Shown: piece after piece, positions 9,632 through 19,445 of the stretch
Layout of the letters: every line of letters starts with the position of its first letter
How positions within the stretch are numbered: position 1 is the first letter of the stretch
Assembly (NCBI GenBank): GCA_947258495.1
Contig: CAMYIN010000208.1
Span: forward strand, 1,359-65,358
DNA from: an uncultured Gammaproteobacteria bacterium
GTDB taxonomy: Bacteria; Pseudomonadota; Gammaproteobacteria; Arenicellales; JAANXG01
Direction: 5' to 3'
Length of the DNA: 64,000 bases
Notes under the pieces: model-generated
Databases searched by the model: none
Told to the model about the DNA's origin: nothing
Seen by the model: only the letters and a program-made list of their open reading frames with translations
Position numbers and translations under genes: made by a program

Positions 9632-9979
9632 CCAGCCTGCATTGCTCACCGGACGGCCGTGGCCGTCGGTAAAGTCCCGTCAATACAAGTACGTTGCGTC
9701 GTGCTCGACAATACAGTCCGTAGCAGCGATACCTATCCCGGTCCCGGCCGGTCCAGGCGCGCCTGAACTTGGGCTTTACTCGATCCATCGCTACGGCTGT
9801 GCATCGCATTCCAACCCGGGTTCAGCCGCACCCGTTCTGCGCCATCCTCCCGGATCCTGGGTAGAGTCGAGGACTGGCGCGGTGACCAAGGTAACGGGGA
9901 GTGTCTGTTGGCCGGCGAGCGCCGGTGTCTCAATCCGCCCCTAGACTCCGCCCACGGCGCACCGAGAAACGCAGGCTAG
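9632..9979. mobile_element. MITE-like element, copy A1 (inverted relative to copy A2, with about 100 bp of extra sequence)
   Basis: Aligns by eye, in reverse complement, with 46641..46888. The terminal inverted repeats are cCAGCCTGCATTGCTCACC (left) and GAGAAACGCAGGCTAG (right). Confidence 0.6.
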
Positions 9980-12471
9980 GCGGTTGCGCTGCGGAGCGGA
10001 CTGTGCGGGGGTTTTGCCGCGAGCGTGTGGGGTTTGTTGCCGGACGGCGCACCGGTCTGCCCGGCGTAGTTGAAGCGACCCACGGTGGTTTGCAGCTCGG
10101 TGGCCATCCTCGACAGCTCCTGGGCCGCCTGTTGCGCATGCTGTGCGCCACGCAAGGTGTCCTGCGCGGCTTGGCTCACACTGGTTATGCTCTGCGCGAT
10201 CTCCGCGCTGCCCGATGCGGCGCCGGCCATCACCCTCGAAATCTCCGCCGTCGTCTGCGCCTGCTCCTCGACGCCGGTGGAGATGCTTCGTTGAATATCG
10301 TTGATCTTGTCGATGATGGCGCTGATCTTTTCGATGGCTTCGACGGCGCTGTTGGTATCGCCCTGAATGGCTTCGATGCGCTTGCTGATGTTTTCCGTGG
10401 CCGTACTGGTCTCCTTGGCCAGGTCCTTGACTTCGTTGGCAACGACGGCGAATCCCTTACCGGCTTCGCCCGCGCGCGCGGCCTCGATGGTCGCATTGAG
10501 GGCGAGCAGGTTGGTCTGCTCCGCGATACTGGTGATCACCTTTATGACATTGCCGATCTCGCGACTGCTCTCGCCCAGCTTTGCGACGGTGGCGTTGGTC
10601 GCCGCGGCGATCTTGACGCCGCTCGTGGCCACCTGCGACGCCTCGGTGGCGTTTTCGGCGACCTGGCTGATGCTTGCGTTCATTTCCTCCGCCGCCGCGG
10701 CCACGGTTTCGATGCTTCGACTCACCTCCTCCGCCGCGGCCGCCACCGAGGTCGCCCGGTCGGACGTGTCCTCCGCGTTGCTGCTGATCTGCTGGCCGAC
10801 GCCGGTCAACTGTTCCGACGAAGTCGCCAGGGCCTCGGCGTTGTGCCCGATGGTCTCTATGGTGGCGCTCAACTGTTGCAGCAGTCCCTGGAGCCCGGCG
10901 CCCATTTGACCGATCGCGTCCGCGCCCGTCACCGTCACCGCCAGCGTCAGATCGCCTTTCTCCGCCGCCCGTACCACGGACAGCATCTGATCGACCTTAT
11001 GGCGCAGGTCGATCGCGTTCTGCTCCAGGGTCTGGGACTGAATGGCGGCGCGCAGGGCCACACCGAGGTGTGCAGACGCATGTCGAATCAGCCGTCTGTG
11101 GGCGTCGCTGGGCCGCGTCGGCAACACCAGGACGAGCGCCATCCGCTGCTCCGGCGTCGGCGACAACGGACCTACGTAGACGGCCTCGCACGTGCCGGGC
11201 AGTCCGCACTCCGGCAACTCATCCGAATCCACCCAGCGACCGTCGCCGTCTTCCGAGTCCACGTTCAGATGCGCGGCATTGAGCAAGGCGTCCCGAGTCT
11301 CCTCGGCGCGCTCGCCGCGCGACGTGAGAAGCGCGCCGCCGGAGTCCGACACGCGAAATACCAGGCTCGCGGCCAGATCGAGCCTGTCGTGCAGCACATC
11401 GCAGGCCTTGCACAGCAGCGGCACGATCTCCGTCTGTCCCTGTGTGGACTCGGCGACGCTGCGCAGGCTCTCGTTCATCCAGTTCTCCTGCTCCGCCCGC
11501 GCCTGCGCGCTGCGCGCGAGCTCGGTCTGCTCTTTGCCGTCCCGCACGAGCTGCGCGAGGTTGTCACCCATCTTGCGCACGGCGATCACCACGCGGCCGA
11601 TCTTGTCCCGGGAAGCAGCGTCGATATGCGCGTCGAAGTCGCCTTCGGCGACGCGGTTGGCGTACTTCACTACGCGATTCAGCCGCCGGTCGAGCTGCCA
11701 ATAGAGAATCGCCATTGCCAGCACCAGCGCCAGCAGGTTGAGGGCGAGGCTCCAGTTCGCGCCCCGCTGCACCGTGCGCAGCAGATGGTTCTGTTCCTCC
11801 ACGTGGTGCCGGGCCATCGAGGTGTTCTTTGCCGCCAGCTGCGCTACGCGCTCGCTCTCCGTCTCCACCTGGTCCTTGGCCTGCTGGATCGTCTCCTGCA
11901 GTTGCGTTTGCATGTCGCCACCGTCCTCGACCAGTTGCATACGCTCGTTACGGTCGTCCGTTTCCATTAGCTCCTCGGCAAGATCCGCCATAACGTGGAC
12001 GTGTTCGTCCATGTCGGCGAGCAAATCCTTGGACAAGATATTGGACGCTGAGTCCGCAAGTTGCTGCTGTGCTTGCAGGAGACGGTCGGAGGCCGCCACC
12101 ATCGCGTCGGCCTCCCGATTAGCGTCCAGCACCATGAGTTCGAACTCAAAGCCGTACTCTCGTCCGGCCGCCGCGAGTTCACCCAGCCATTTCGAGATCG
12201 GCAGGACCTGTCGGTTCAACCTGTTCACATTGGTCTCGCTCTGCTCGACCAACTCCAGGTTCTCGCTGCTGTGCAGCGTGTTTTTGTCGAGCCTTGCGCC
12301 CAAGAAGACACCGCCCAGGACGGTGATGAGCAGCATCACCACCAGGGTGGCGCCCATCAAGCCGACAATCGGCATCTCGCGCCGGGCGGATCGGCCGTTC
12401 GAGGTCGAGCGGGGGACCGTGTCCGCGGTGGAACCGGCGGGCGACCCCGCATTCGGATCGGCGTCGGGCAT
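9976..12471 (-). CDS. Methyl-accepting chemotaxis protein (MCP1) with a periplasmic helical domain, HAMP and a GAF-like insert
   Basis: Highly conserved signalling hairpin [45 protein letters not shown] lies 8 nt upstream of the ATG at 12471. Confidence 0.9.
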   Translation of the reverse strand: MPDADPNAGSPAGSTADTVPRSTSNGRSARREMPIVGLMGATLVVMLLITVLGGVFLGARLDKNTLHSSENLELVEQSETNVNRLNRQVLPISKWLGELAAAGREYGFEFELMVLDANREADAMVAASDRLLQAQQQLADSASNILSKDLLADMDEHVHVMADLAEELMETDDRNERMQLVEDGGDMQTQLQETIQQAKDQVETESERVAQLAAKNTSMARHHVEEQNHLLRTVQRGANWSLALNLLALVLAMAILYWQLDRRLNRVVKYANRVAEGDFDAHIDAASRDKIGRVVIAVRKMGDNLAQLVRDGKEQTELARSAQARAEQENWMNESLRSVAESTQGQTEIVPLLCKACDVLHDRLDLAASLVFRVSDSGGALLTSRGERAEETRDALLNAAHLNVDSEDGDGRWVDSDELPECGLPGTCEAVYVGPLSPTPEQRMALVLVLPTRPSDAHRRLIRHASAHLGVALRAAIQSQTLEQNAIDLRHKVDQMLSVVRAAEKGDLTLAVTVTGADAIGQMGAGLQGLLQQLSATIETIGHNAEALATSSEQLTGVGQQISSNAEDTSDRATSVAAAAEEVSRSIETVAAAAEEMNASISQVAENATEASQVATSGVKIAAATNATVAKLGESSREIGNVIKVITSIAEQTNLLALNATIEAARAGEAGKGFAVVANEVKDLAKETSTATENISKRIEAIQGDTNSAVEAIEKISAIIDKINDIQRSISTGVEEQAQTTAEISRVMAGAASGSAEIAQSITSVSQAAQDTLRGAQHAQQAAQELSRMATELQTTVGRFNYAGQTGAPSGNKPHTLAAKPPHSPLRSATA

Positions 12472-12486
12472 GGGCCATGTCCTCGG

Positions 12487-13338
12487 TTAGAACTGGAACA
12501 CCAGATTGTCGGAAACGACGTGGTCGTCGTCGCCGGAGTGATCGTAGATGGCGATGCCACCTACTACCGCGCCGCCAGCCGCGGGAAACACGACGTCGTC
12601 GGCGTGCCCGGTGTCGCGCTTACGCTTGATCTCCAGACACCATTTGCCGTCGTTCCATACACCCTTGACCTTGACGTCGGCAACCGAGCCCTGCGGTTCG
12701 TTCGCGAGGATGTATTTCGGCATTACGTCCTGCTCGTACTTGTGGTAGCGCTTGGTTTTGTACAGCTTGTCGCCGGCGTCGCTGGGACGCGAGATATAAA
12801 CCTTGCCGCCGCCTTCCGCCGGCAGCTCGCGCGCCTCGAGCAGCTTCTTGGCACTTATGATCGTGGTCTTGTCGTGCACCAGGTCCAGGGGGTTGGAACG
12901 GGTAGATTTCCAGTGCCACATGTCGGCCCTGAATTCATTGCCGGACAGCCAGTTGGTCGAGTAGTCCCCTTCCATGACGAACTGCAGGGCGAAGCGGTCC
13001 TCGCGCTGGGGACCCTTGCCGTACTTGGTTTTCGCTTTGTTCCAGACCCAGGGCTTGTGCATCTTGTCCTCGCTGGAATCTTTCCATTCGACGAAGAAAT
13101 AGACGTAGTCGCCGTGCACCCCGCCCTTGATGTCGACGCTGCTGACCGCGGTGCTCACGCCCTCGTGGCTCGGCTTCAGCGCCACCGTCGTCACCGGTAC
13201 GTCGGCCCAGTCCTTGCCCTCGCCGTCCATGACCGGTTCGGCGGAAAGCGGATGCATGGTGATGGTGGCGGCGGCGGCGGCGCCGGGAAGTAATCCACAA
13301 ACCAACATTAGCAAATACACGTTGCGAGTCGTGCTCAT
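12487..13338 (-). CDS. Secreted DOMON/ethylbenzene-dehydrogenase-gamma-like (EB_dh) putative heme-binding protein
   Basis: Has a signal peptide. The pattern DGEGKDWADVP...GDYVYFFVEWKDSSED...DRFALQF...ADMWHWKSTRSNP recalls the EB_dh/DOMON family. It ends 15 nt upstream of MCP1. Confidence 0.6.
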   Translation of the reverse strand: MSTTRNVYLLMLVCGLLPGAAAAATITMHPLSAEPVMDGEGKDWADVPVTTVALKPSHEGVSTAVSSVDIKGGVHGDYVYFFVEWKDSSEDKMHKPWVWNKAKTKYGKGPQREDRFALQFVMEGDYSTNWLSGNEFRADMWHWKSTRSNPLDLVHDKTTIISAKKLLEARELPAEGGGKVYISRPSDAGDKLYKTKRYHKYEQDVMPKYILANEPQGSVADVKVKGVWNDGKWCLEIKRKRDTGHADDVVFPAAGGAVVGGIAIYDHSGDDDHVVSDNLVFQF

Positions 13339-13430
13339 GATTCTCTGACCTCATATGCATGGATTCTGGTTAATGCAATCGGCAACTCCGATCCCGTCTC
13401 GCCGGTACGGAGCGCCCTGTTCAAACCAGA

Positions 13431-13457
13431 GTATCGGCCGCGGCATTCCGGACTTTA
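13431..13457 (-). promoter_or_regulatory. Sigma-28-type promoter for the EB_dh-like/MCP1 operon
   Basis: The minus strand reads TAAAGTCC-N11-GCCGATAC (6/8 and 7/8), about 93 nt upstream of the ATG at 13338. Confidence 0.6.
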
Positions 13458-13523
13458 GTCGGCATCGCTATTGAACGGGTGCATGGAATCGATCGGGGAA
13501 ATACAGGGCGGAGGCACGGGGCA

Positions 13524-13594
13524 TTCCGGCACCGTCACCGACCGGGATGTTGGCGCCGAACCTGCAGGGGCGTATTCACGGAGTGTCCCGGAAT
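13524..13594. repeat. Divergent solo copy of the structured repeat found at 33453..33803
   Basis: TTCCGGCACCGTCACCGACCGGGATGTTGGCGCCGAACCTGCAGGGGCGTATTCACGGAGTGTCCCGGAAT aligns with the core of the 156-bp unit. Confidence 0.4.
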
Positions 13595-13710
13595 ATCCCA
13601 GGGCCGGGCTTCCCCAACCGCGGCAACCCGGCGTGGGAACTTGGGCCTCCGTTCCGGCCTGTCATCCACGGCCAAGCGGAAATCAGGCGGCGATTCGGTG
13701 CCTGCGCGTA

Positions 13711-13737
13711 TAAAGTTTTGTTGCCGGCGACCGATAC
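13711..13737 (+). promoter_or_regulatory. Sigma-28-type promoter for the cNMP-like/HDOD gene
   Basis: TAAAGTTT-N11-ACCGATAC (8/8 and 6/8), 122 nt upstream of the ATG at 13860. Confidence 0.6.
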
Positions 13738-13859
13738 TCCTCATTATACAGCGGCACGGACTTATGCAAGTCATCGCGAATTCGATCGGGATTTACGGAT
13801 GAGTAAACGCGTGATCATCGAAACACAACGGAACGAATCAGCGAGCGAGGTGTATCCCC

Positions 13860-15170
13860 ATGCAACAGACCAGTTCATCGTCGTCTTCGTCGTCGTTATC
13901 AGAGTCGTCTGAAGCGTACGGGGATGCGGCCTCCGCCAAACGACCGGATGTCGCGACGATCCGCAGATTTCGGCAATTTCAGGACCTGTCCGACGCGGCG
14001 ATTCGGGAGATCACCGCCGGCGCGGTGATGCAAGAGGTGCCGCCGGGCCGGGTGCTCGCCAAGCTCGGGCACAGCGATCCCGCGGCCCTGTATCTGTTGG
14101 ACGGGCGTCTGTGCTTGCGGGCCGGCAACGGCAATCAACACGAAATCGAAGGCGCGACCGGCGGCGCGGACTACGCCGTGTCTTATCTGCAGCCGCACCG
14201 CTATACGGTCACCGTGGTGTCACCATCGGTGGTTGTGCACGTAGCCCGGGAGACCCTGGAGAAATACCTGCGTAAGCAAAATGGCCCGGGATACGAGGTA
14301 CAGGAAGTCGACGAAGGCGCCGAACTGCGCGATAGTCTGCTGTTTCACGAACTCTATCAGGGCTGCATCAACGACAATCTCAAGCTGCCGAGTCTGCCGG
14401 ATATCGCCCTCAAGGTGCGCAAGGCGATGGAGAACAAACGGTCCGACCTCTGGTCCGTTGCCCTCATCATCGAGTCGGATCCGGCCATCACCGCGAAACT
14501 GATCAAGGTCGCCAACAGCGCGGCGTACCGCGGCAATTCGCCGGTGAACACGACGTCGAATGCGGTGGTCCGGCTGGGCGCCACGACCACGCTGCAGTTG
14601 GTAACGAGCTTCGCTATGCGCGAGCTGTTCAGCACCCAATCCAAGTTTCTGCAGCAACGCATGGAACGGCTCTGGAAGCACAGCGGCGAGATCGCGGCGA
14701 CCTGCTTCGTCATCGCCGGAAAGACGCGGCAGTTCGACCCGGAGACCGCGCTGCTCGCCGGGCTCCTAAACGACGTCGGCGCCATCGCCATCATCACCCA
14801 CGCGGAAAACTATACCGAGATCGCGAACTCCGCCGACGAGCTGGAGCGCGTCATCGACAAGCTGCACGCCGACGTGGGCAGCATGATGCTGCGCTCCTGG
14901 GGGCTTCCCGAGAACATCGCCGTAGTGCCCATCGAGTCCGAGGATTGGTTTCGCGTATCCAAAGACGATCCCGACTACTGCGGCCTGGTGTTGTTCGCAA
15001 AGATGCTCAACCGCTTGCAGCGGGACCGCAATCCGGACGTGCCCCCGCTGCACGAGTTGCCGTTTATCGCCAGCCTGGGCCTGGGTGAGCTGACCATCGA
15101 ATCGACGCTGGAACTCGCGGATAAATGCAAGGACCAGATCACGAAAATGCAGGCGCTGCTCGGCGGTTAG
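13860..15170 (+). CDS. Cyclic-nucleotide-binding-like domain / HDOD domain protein
   Basis: N-terminal cNMP-type beta-barrel pattern (VLAKLGHSDPAALYLLDGRLCL) with a poorly conserved phosphate-binding cassette. C-terminal HDOD domain (LPSLPDIALKVRKAMENKRSDLWSVALIIESDPAITAKLIKVANSAAYRG). Confidence 0.8.
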   Translation: MQQTSSSSSSSSLSESSEAYGDAASAKRPDVATIRRFRQFQDLSDAAIREITAGAVMQEVPPGRVLAKLGHSDPAALYLLDGRLCLRAGNGNQHEIEGATGGADYAVSYLQPHRYTVTVVSPSVVVHVARETLEKYLRKQNGPGYEVQEVDEGAELRDSLLFHELYQGCINDNLKLPSLPDIALKVRKAMENKRSDLWSVALIIESDPAITAKLIKVANSAAYRGNSPVNTTSNAVVRLGATTTLQLVTSFAMRELFSTQSKFLQQRMERLWKHSGEIAATCFVIAGKTRQFDPETALLAGLLNDVGAIAIITHAENYTEIANSADELERVIDKLHADVGSMMLRSWGLPENIAVVPIESEDWFRVSKDDPDYCGLVLFAKMLNRLQRDRNPDVPPLHELPFIASLGLGELTIESTLELADKCKDQITKMQALLGG

Positions 15171-15245
15171 CGCGGAAGCGGGATCGTCCTTAGGCTACTG
15201 CTGGGGTCCCGCCGGGTCGTTACGGTCGAATTCGGCGCGTTGCCG

Positions 15246-15566
15246 TCAGCGTGATTTCTTCATGCGGGCCAGCAGCATCTCCGAGTATCTCTTTTCCTCC
15301 TCCGGATACAACTCCGGGACTTCCTTGCCCGCCGACCCGAGCATGCGGTGATACAGCTTGTAGACTTCGCAGGCGACGCAATTGCGCTCCTTCTGCGCTA
15401 CGCTCCCCTGTACCACACCCCCGCAGAGGGTGCCGGCGATGGCCCAGCAACTGTGGCCGAGACCTTCGGTCGCGGCGACACATTCGCCGAGCTCTTCCGA
15501 TTTCGGGCCACCGACTTCGCGACCACATTGTTTGATTTCCCAGCAATTGTTCAATTTCTTGGTCAT
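15246..15566 (-). CDS. Small cysteine-rich two-CW-domain-like protein
   Basis: 106 aa with NCWEIKQCGRE ... SCWAIAGTLCGG ... CVACEVY, i.e. two CW motifs and 8 Cys. The family name is recalled from memory and not verified. Confidence 0.65.
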   Translation of the reverse strand: MTKKLNNCWEIKQCGREVGGPKSEELGECVAATEGLGHSCWAIAGTLCGGVVQGSVAQKERNCVACEVYKLYHRMLGSAGKEVPELYPEEEKRYSEMLLARMKKSR

Positions 15567-15700
15567 GGCTTCGTCTCTGCAGCGCGTTTCTTGAAGTCAC
15601 TTCTCGTACATGCATCTTATTCGGCTGGCGATTGAGAAACTTGAGCTCGGACGATCCATCCACCTGTTTTTTGCTCGGCGCTGCGGTCTGTCTCACGCCC

Positions 15701-15728
15701 TAAAGCGCGGACGCATAGCTGCCGACAT
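15701..15728 (+). promoter_or_regulatory. Weaker sigma-28-like promoter for MCP2
   Basis: TAAAGCGC-N12-GCCGACAT (5/8 and 6/8, spacer 12), 60 nt upstream of the ATG at 15789. Confidence 0.35.
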
Positions 15729-15788
15729 TATCGATGGGTCAAACGTGACTCGTGGGCACCAGAGACAACTCCATCGCAGATTGATTCA

Positions 15789-18200
15789 ATGCCGCAGAAA
15801 TCCAACGCCCGTATACATACTCGATTCGGAATTCGCGCGAGACTGTTCGGCGCGTTTCTGGCGATTTCCGGCACCACGGTGATCGCCACGACGGTTGGTC
15901 TGGATTCCTATCGCCAGACGAGCGACAGTATCAACCGCATTACCCGGGACAACATACCGGCCATGGCCCTGGCGCTGGATTTGGCGATACAGAGCGCCGC
16001 GTTCCAAAGCGCGATGCGGACACTCGATGCCTCTTCGAGCGACGAAGAGCGACAAGCGAGACTGGGAGATCTGCGCCATAGTGGTAACGCTCTCGATAGG
16101 CATATCGCTCAGATTATCGACCAATTCAGCGAAATCGACGATCGTGCGCTTCCGCCGTTCGTAGTACGACTGAAACGAATCAGCGCGCAGCAGATCCCGG
16201 CGCTGATCGCGACACTGGACCACCACGTTCAAAAACGTCTCGATGCCGAAGCCGTACTCCGGACGCACGTATCCGAACTACGCACAGACCATCGCACCCT
16301 CTATCAGTACCTGAACATCGCGATTTCCGACGCGGTAATGGCCGGGGGGTCCATTGCCGACAGCCATGCACGCGACTCGGAATCCAGCGTGTTGATGGCG
16401 CTTTGGGAGACCCAGGCCAGCGTCAACCTGCATTTGAGCGTGCTCCTCGAGGCCGCGGCTGCCAACGACGTCGACGAGATAGAGCGCCTGAGGCAGCGCT
16501 TCTCCACCACCCTGGGGACGATCAAGCTGGCGGAGGACGTACTCACCACTACGGAGCCCGGGCGGCTGGCCTATGAGCAGACGCTCAAGTTCATCAATCA
16601 TGGAACCCGCGATGACAACGTGTTTCAACTGCGCATCGCGGAACTCGCGATGCGCAACGCACACCGGGAGTCGCTGGAAATGCACATCAAGCTCGCGGAG
16701 GAATTCAACACCCTGGTGCATGACTACGTAGCCGAGACCAAGACCCTGGCCGATGAGAGTGCTTCGCGTGCGGAAGCACGGATCAGACAGGGCAAACAAT
16801 TGTTGTTGATGTTGGCTTTTCTCAGCGTAACCGTGGCGGTGCTGCTGGGCTGGTTCTACGTCGGACGAAATCTACTGGGTCGCTTGACGCGGATCATTCA
16901 GCACACGCGCAGACTGACGAAAGGAGACTGGGAATCGCCGGTGCAGGTGCCCGGCAGCGATGAGCTCGTCGAGATGGCGCGAATGATCGAAATGTTTCGC
17001 CAGAACGGAATCGAGAACCAGCGCTTGCAGAAGAAACAAACGCAGGTCCTGGAGGAGCGCGAGAAGGCAATTGTGGAAAAACATCAACAAGAGGAAGCGC
17101 GCCGTCAGGCCGAACAACGTCATCGTCGCGAGGCCCAGGAGGCGGCAGACCGGGAACACCGCCAGGCCCAAGCTCTGCGGGCGAAGGTCGACTCGCTGCT
17201 GGGGGTGGTGAAAGCGGCGGAAAGGGGCGACCTGACCCGTTCGGTGACGGTGAAGGGGACGGACGCAATCGGCCGTATGGGCGAAGGACTGGCACAATTC
17301 CTCCGGATCCTGCGCGAGGACGTCGAGATCCTCGCCGACAACGCTATGGCCTTGTCCGGTTGTTCGAAAGAATTGACCGCGATCCGCGCACAAATCAGCG
17401 GCAACGTACAGATCAATTCCACCAAGGCCGCGACCGCCGCCGCGGCCGCTCAGCAGGTGAGCGGAAACGTTGAGGCCGTCGCCGCCGCCGCGGAAGAAAT
17501 GAACGCGAGCATCCGCGATATTGCCGAGAGCATTTCGAGCGTCACGGAGGTCGCGAATTCTGCGGCAGGCATCGCCAAGGAAACCAACGCAAGCGTCGCC
17601 AGACTGGGAGCCAGCAGCGCCGAGATTGGAAACATCACCAAGGTCATCACTTCAATCGCCGAGCAGACCAACCTTCTGGCACTCAACGCCACCATCGAGG
17701 CCGCTCGCGCGGGCGAGGCCGGAAAGGGATTTGCCGTGGTGGCGAATGAAGTCAAGGAACTGGCGGCGGAGACCGGTCGGGCAACGGACGACATCGGCAA
17801 GAAGATCGAGACCATTCAACAGGACACTGAAAACACGGTAACGGCCATCGAAAAGATTGCCGATACCATAGACCGGGTCAATGAGATCCAGGCCGGCGTA
17901 AGCGGCGGCATGGACCAGCAGACCCGGATGGCACGGGATATCGCCCGGGCCGTCGCCGAAGCCGCAACGGGCAGCGCGGACATCGCGCGCAACGTTGCGA
18001 GCGTCAGCGAATCCGCCGGAGACACGTTAACGGCCATGCAGCAGGCCGAGCAAACCGCGACCGAGCTGGAGAACATGGCGGTGCGTCTGCAGAAAGTGGT
18101 CGCGCGTTTCACATATGGGCCGGAGGATGCAGAAGCATCGACGTCCGATCCGGGTAAGCCCGGACATACTCTGCTGCAATGCGCCGCGGTAGAGAACTGA
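15789..18200 (+). CDS. Methyl-accepting chemotaxis protein (MCP2) with a large periplasmic helical domain and HAMP
   Basis: [41 protein letters not shown]. The [27 protein letters not shown] linker is shared with MCP1 and MCP3. Confidence 0.9.
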   Translation: MPQKSNARIHTRFGIRARLFGAFLAISGTTVIATTVGLDSYRQTSDSINRITRDNIPAMALALDLAIQSAAFQSAMRTLDASSSDEERQARLGDLRHSGNALDRHIAQIIDQFSEIDDRALPPFVVRLKRISAQQIPALIATLDHHVQKRLDAEAVLRTHVSELRTDHRTLYQYLNIAISDAVMAGGSIADSHARDSESSVLMALWETQASVNLHLSVLLEAAAANDVDEIERLRQRFSTTLGTIKLAEDVLTTTEPGRLAYEQTLKFINHGTRDDNVFQLRIAELAMRNAHRESLEMHIKLAEEFNTLVHDYVAETKTLADESASRAEARIRQGKQLLLMLAFLSVTVAVLLGWFYVGRNLLGRLTRIIQHTRRLTKGDWESPVQVPGSDELVEMARMIEMFRQNGIENQRLQKKQTQVLEEREKAIVEKHQQEEARRQAEQRHRREAQEAADREHRQAQALRAKVDSLLGVVKAAERGDLTRSVTVKGTDAIGRMGEGLAQFLRILREDVEILADNAMALSGCSKELTAIRAQISGNVQINSTKAATAAAAAQQVSGNVEAVAAAAEEMNASIRDIAESISSVTEVANSAAGIAKETNASVARLGASSAEIGNITKVITSIAEQTNLLALNATIEAARAGEAGKGFAVVANEVKELAAETGRATDDIGKKIETIQQDTENTVTAIEKIADTIDRVNEIQAGVSGGMDQQTRMARDIARAVAEAATGSADIARNVASVSESAGDTLTAMQQAEQTATELENMAVRLQKVVARFTYGPEDAEASTSDPGKPGHTLLQCAAVEN

Positions 18201-18319
18201 TCCATACGCCGCATCGACGACGACACCTGCGCAGACAACCTATTCGGGGCGGGAGCAAGGCGCGATGTGATCCGGGCTGCGCGTGGTTCGCGGCGGCGCC
18301 CCTGTGAATCAGGGGAATA

Positions 18320-19174
18320 TCAGTGAAACATCCCGGCCAGATCGAGGATCGATTTCGCCTCCTGGTGCGCGGCATCGATAACCGCGTTGAGATCGGCTAT
18401 GTCGACACCGAGCCTGTCGTCCAGCGGTCCCATACCGGGTTGGGCCGTGCCCGCGAGGCACTGTCGGGCCCAGTCGGAGCAGTTTCTCACCAGACGGCAG
18501 GTAGCCCATTTTGGACCCTCGTAGTCCGCGATGTGATAATGCTCGACGACGGTCTGGAGCTGTTCCGGCATGCCCCACTGCGCAGTCAACAAGGCGCCGG
18601 CGTGCCGATGATCGATGCGCAGGATCCGGGTTTCGATATCGTGTAGCGGCCGCTCCGGCTCCTGCGCCGCGGCGGCGAATACCTCCGCCATCTGCGACGG
18701 CGCCACGTGGGCGAGCGCGATCAAGCCGATATTGTGCAGAAGCCCGCACATATACACGTTCTCCGGATCCGGGGCCTGGGCGCAATCGGCAATGCGCGCG
18801 ATCTTGCGACCGAGGTTGGCCGTCAGCAGCGCGCTGCCCCAATACCTTTGTGCATCGAAGCCCGGGCATTTTTCCGCGCGAAAGGTGGAACTGGCGGCAA
18901 GGCCGATGACCAGGCTCCGCACCACGTCGAGACCGAGCACGCGGATGATTGCATCCTCTACGGAATTCACCGCCGACGCGGTACCGTAATAGGCGGAATT
19001 CGCAACCTTGATGATGCGCGCCGCGATCTGCGGGCTCGATTCGATGATCCTGGCAAGTTCCTTGAAATCGACATCGTCGTCGCTGACGGCCTGCAGCATG
19101 GCCTGCATTTCGGACAGCGGCGGAACTTCTTTTAATTTCGCAACCAATTGCTCGACGTCGTTCGATCCGGACAT
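18320..19174 (-). CDS. HDOD domain protein
   Basis: PPLSEMQAMLQAVSDDDVDFKELARIIESSPQIAARIIKVANSAYYG ... GLLHNIGLIALAHV. The ATG at 19174 is chosen (GAGGAA 8 nt upstream); the longer ORF would run across the cheA promoter. Confidence 0.8.
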   Translation of the reverse strand: MSGSNDVEQLVAKLKEVPPLSEMQAMLQAVSDDDVDFKELARIIESSPQIAARIIKVANSAYYGTASAVNSVEDAIIRVLGLDVVRSLVIGLAASSTFRAEKCPGFDAQRYWGSALLTANLGRKIARIADCAQAPDPENVYMCGLLHNIGLIALAHVAPSQMAEVFAAAAQEPERPLHDIETRILRIDHRHAGALLTAQWGMPEQLQTVVEHYHIADYEGPKWATCRLVRNCSDWARQCLAGTAQPGMGPLDDRLGVDIADLNAVIDAAHQEAKSILDLAGMFH

Positions 19175-19263
19175 GCAGCCGTTTCCTCGTTCTCGATCGT
19201 GTTTCTGCGCCTGGGCCATGTATTGAGCGTAGCAGATACGACAACAATTGATCGCCGTTTCGC

Positions 19264-19290
19264 TAAATTTTTCCGTGCGGTGGACGATAA
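19264..19290 (+). promoter_or_regulatory. Sigma-28-type promoter for the cheA operon
   Basis: TAAATTTT-N11-GACGATAA (7/8 and 7/8), 155 nt upstream of the cheA ATG. Confidence 0.65.
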
Positions 19291-19445
19291 ATCCGGTAAC
19301 GACCGTTTTCGCCGAATCCAACGGGGCATCAAAACAAGGGAAGTATATTGTTATACGTACACGCGTTACCGATTCCGCTATTGCGAGGCGGGTTCGAATT
19401 CCCGCCGCGTCTCGCCATGCTCCCATCGCGTGGGGTGTTTGACGC

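Noticed and set aside
9901-11970. A 689-aa ORF on the plus strand. Similar long antisense ORFs lie at 5462..6742, 30189..32486 and 36492..38624.
   Set aside because: Each lies entirely antisense to a gene with clear family motifs (MCP1, the GGDEF-EAL protein, the PAS kinase, the RND pump). Their products are Arg/Gly/His/Leu-rich low-complexity sequences with no motifs. Long stop-free antisense frames are expected in high-GC DNA.
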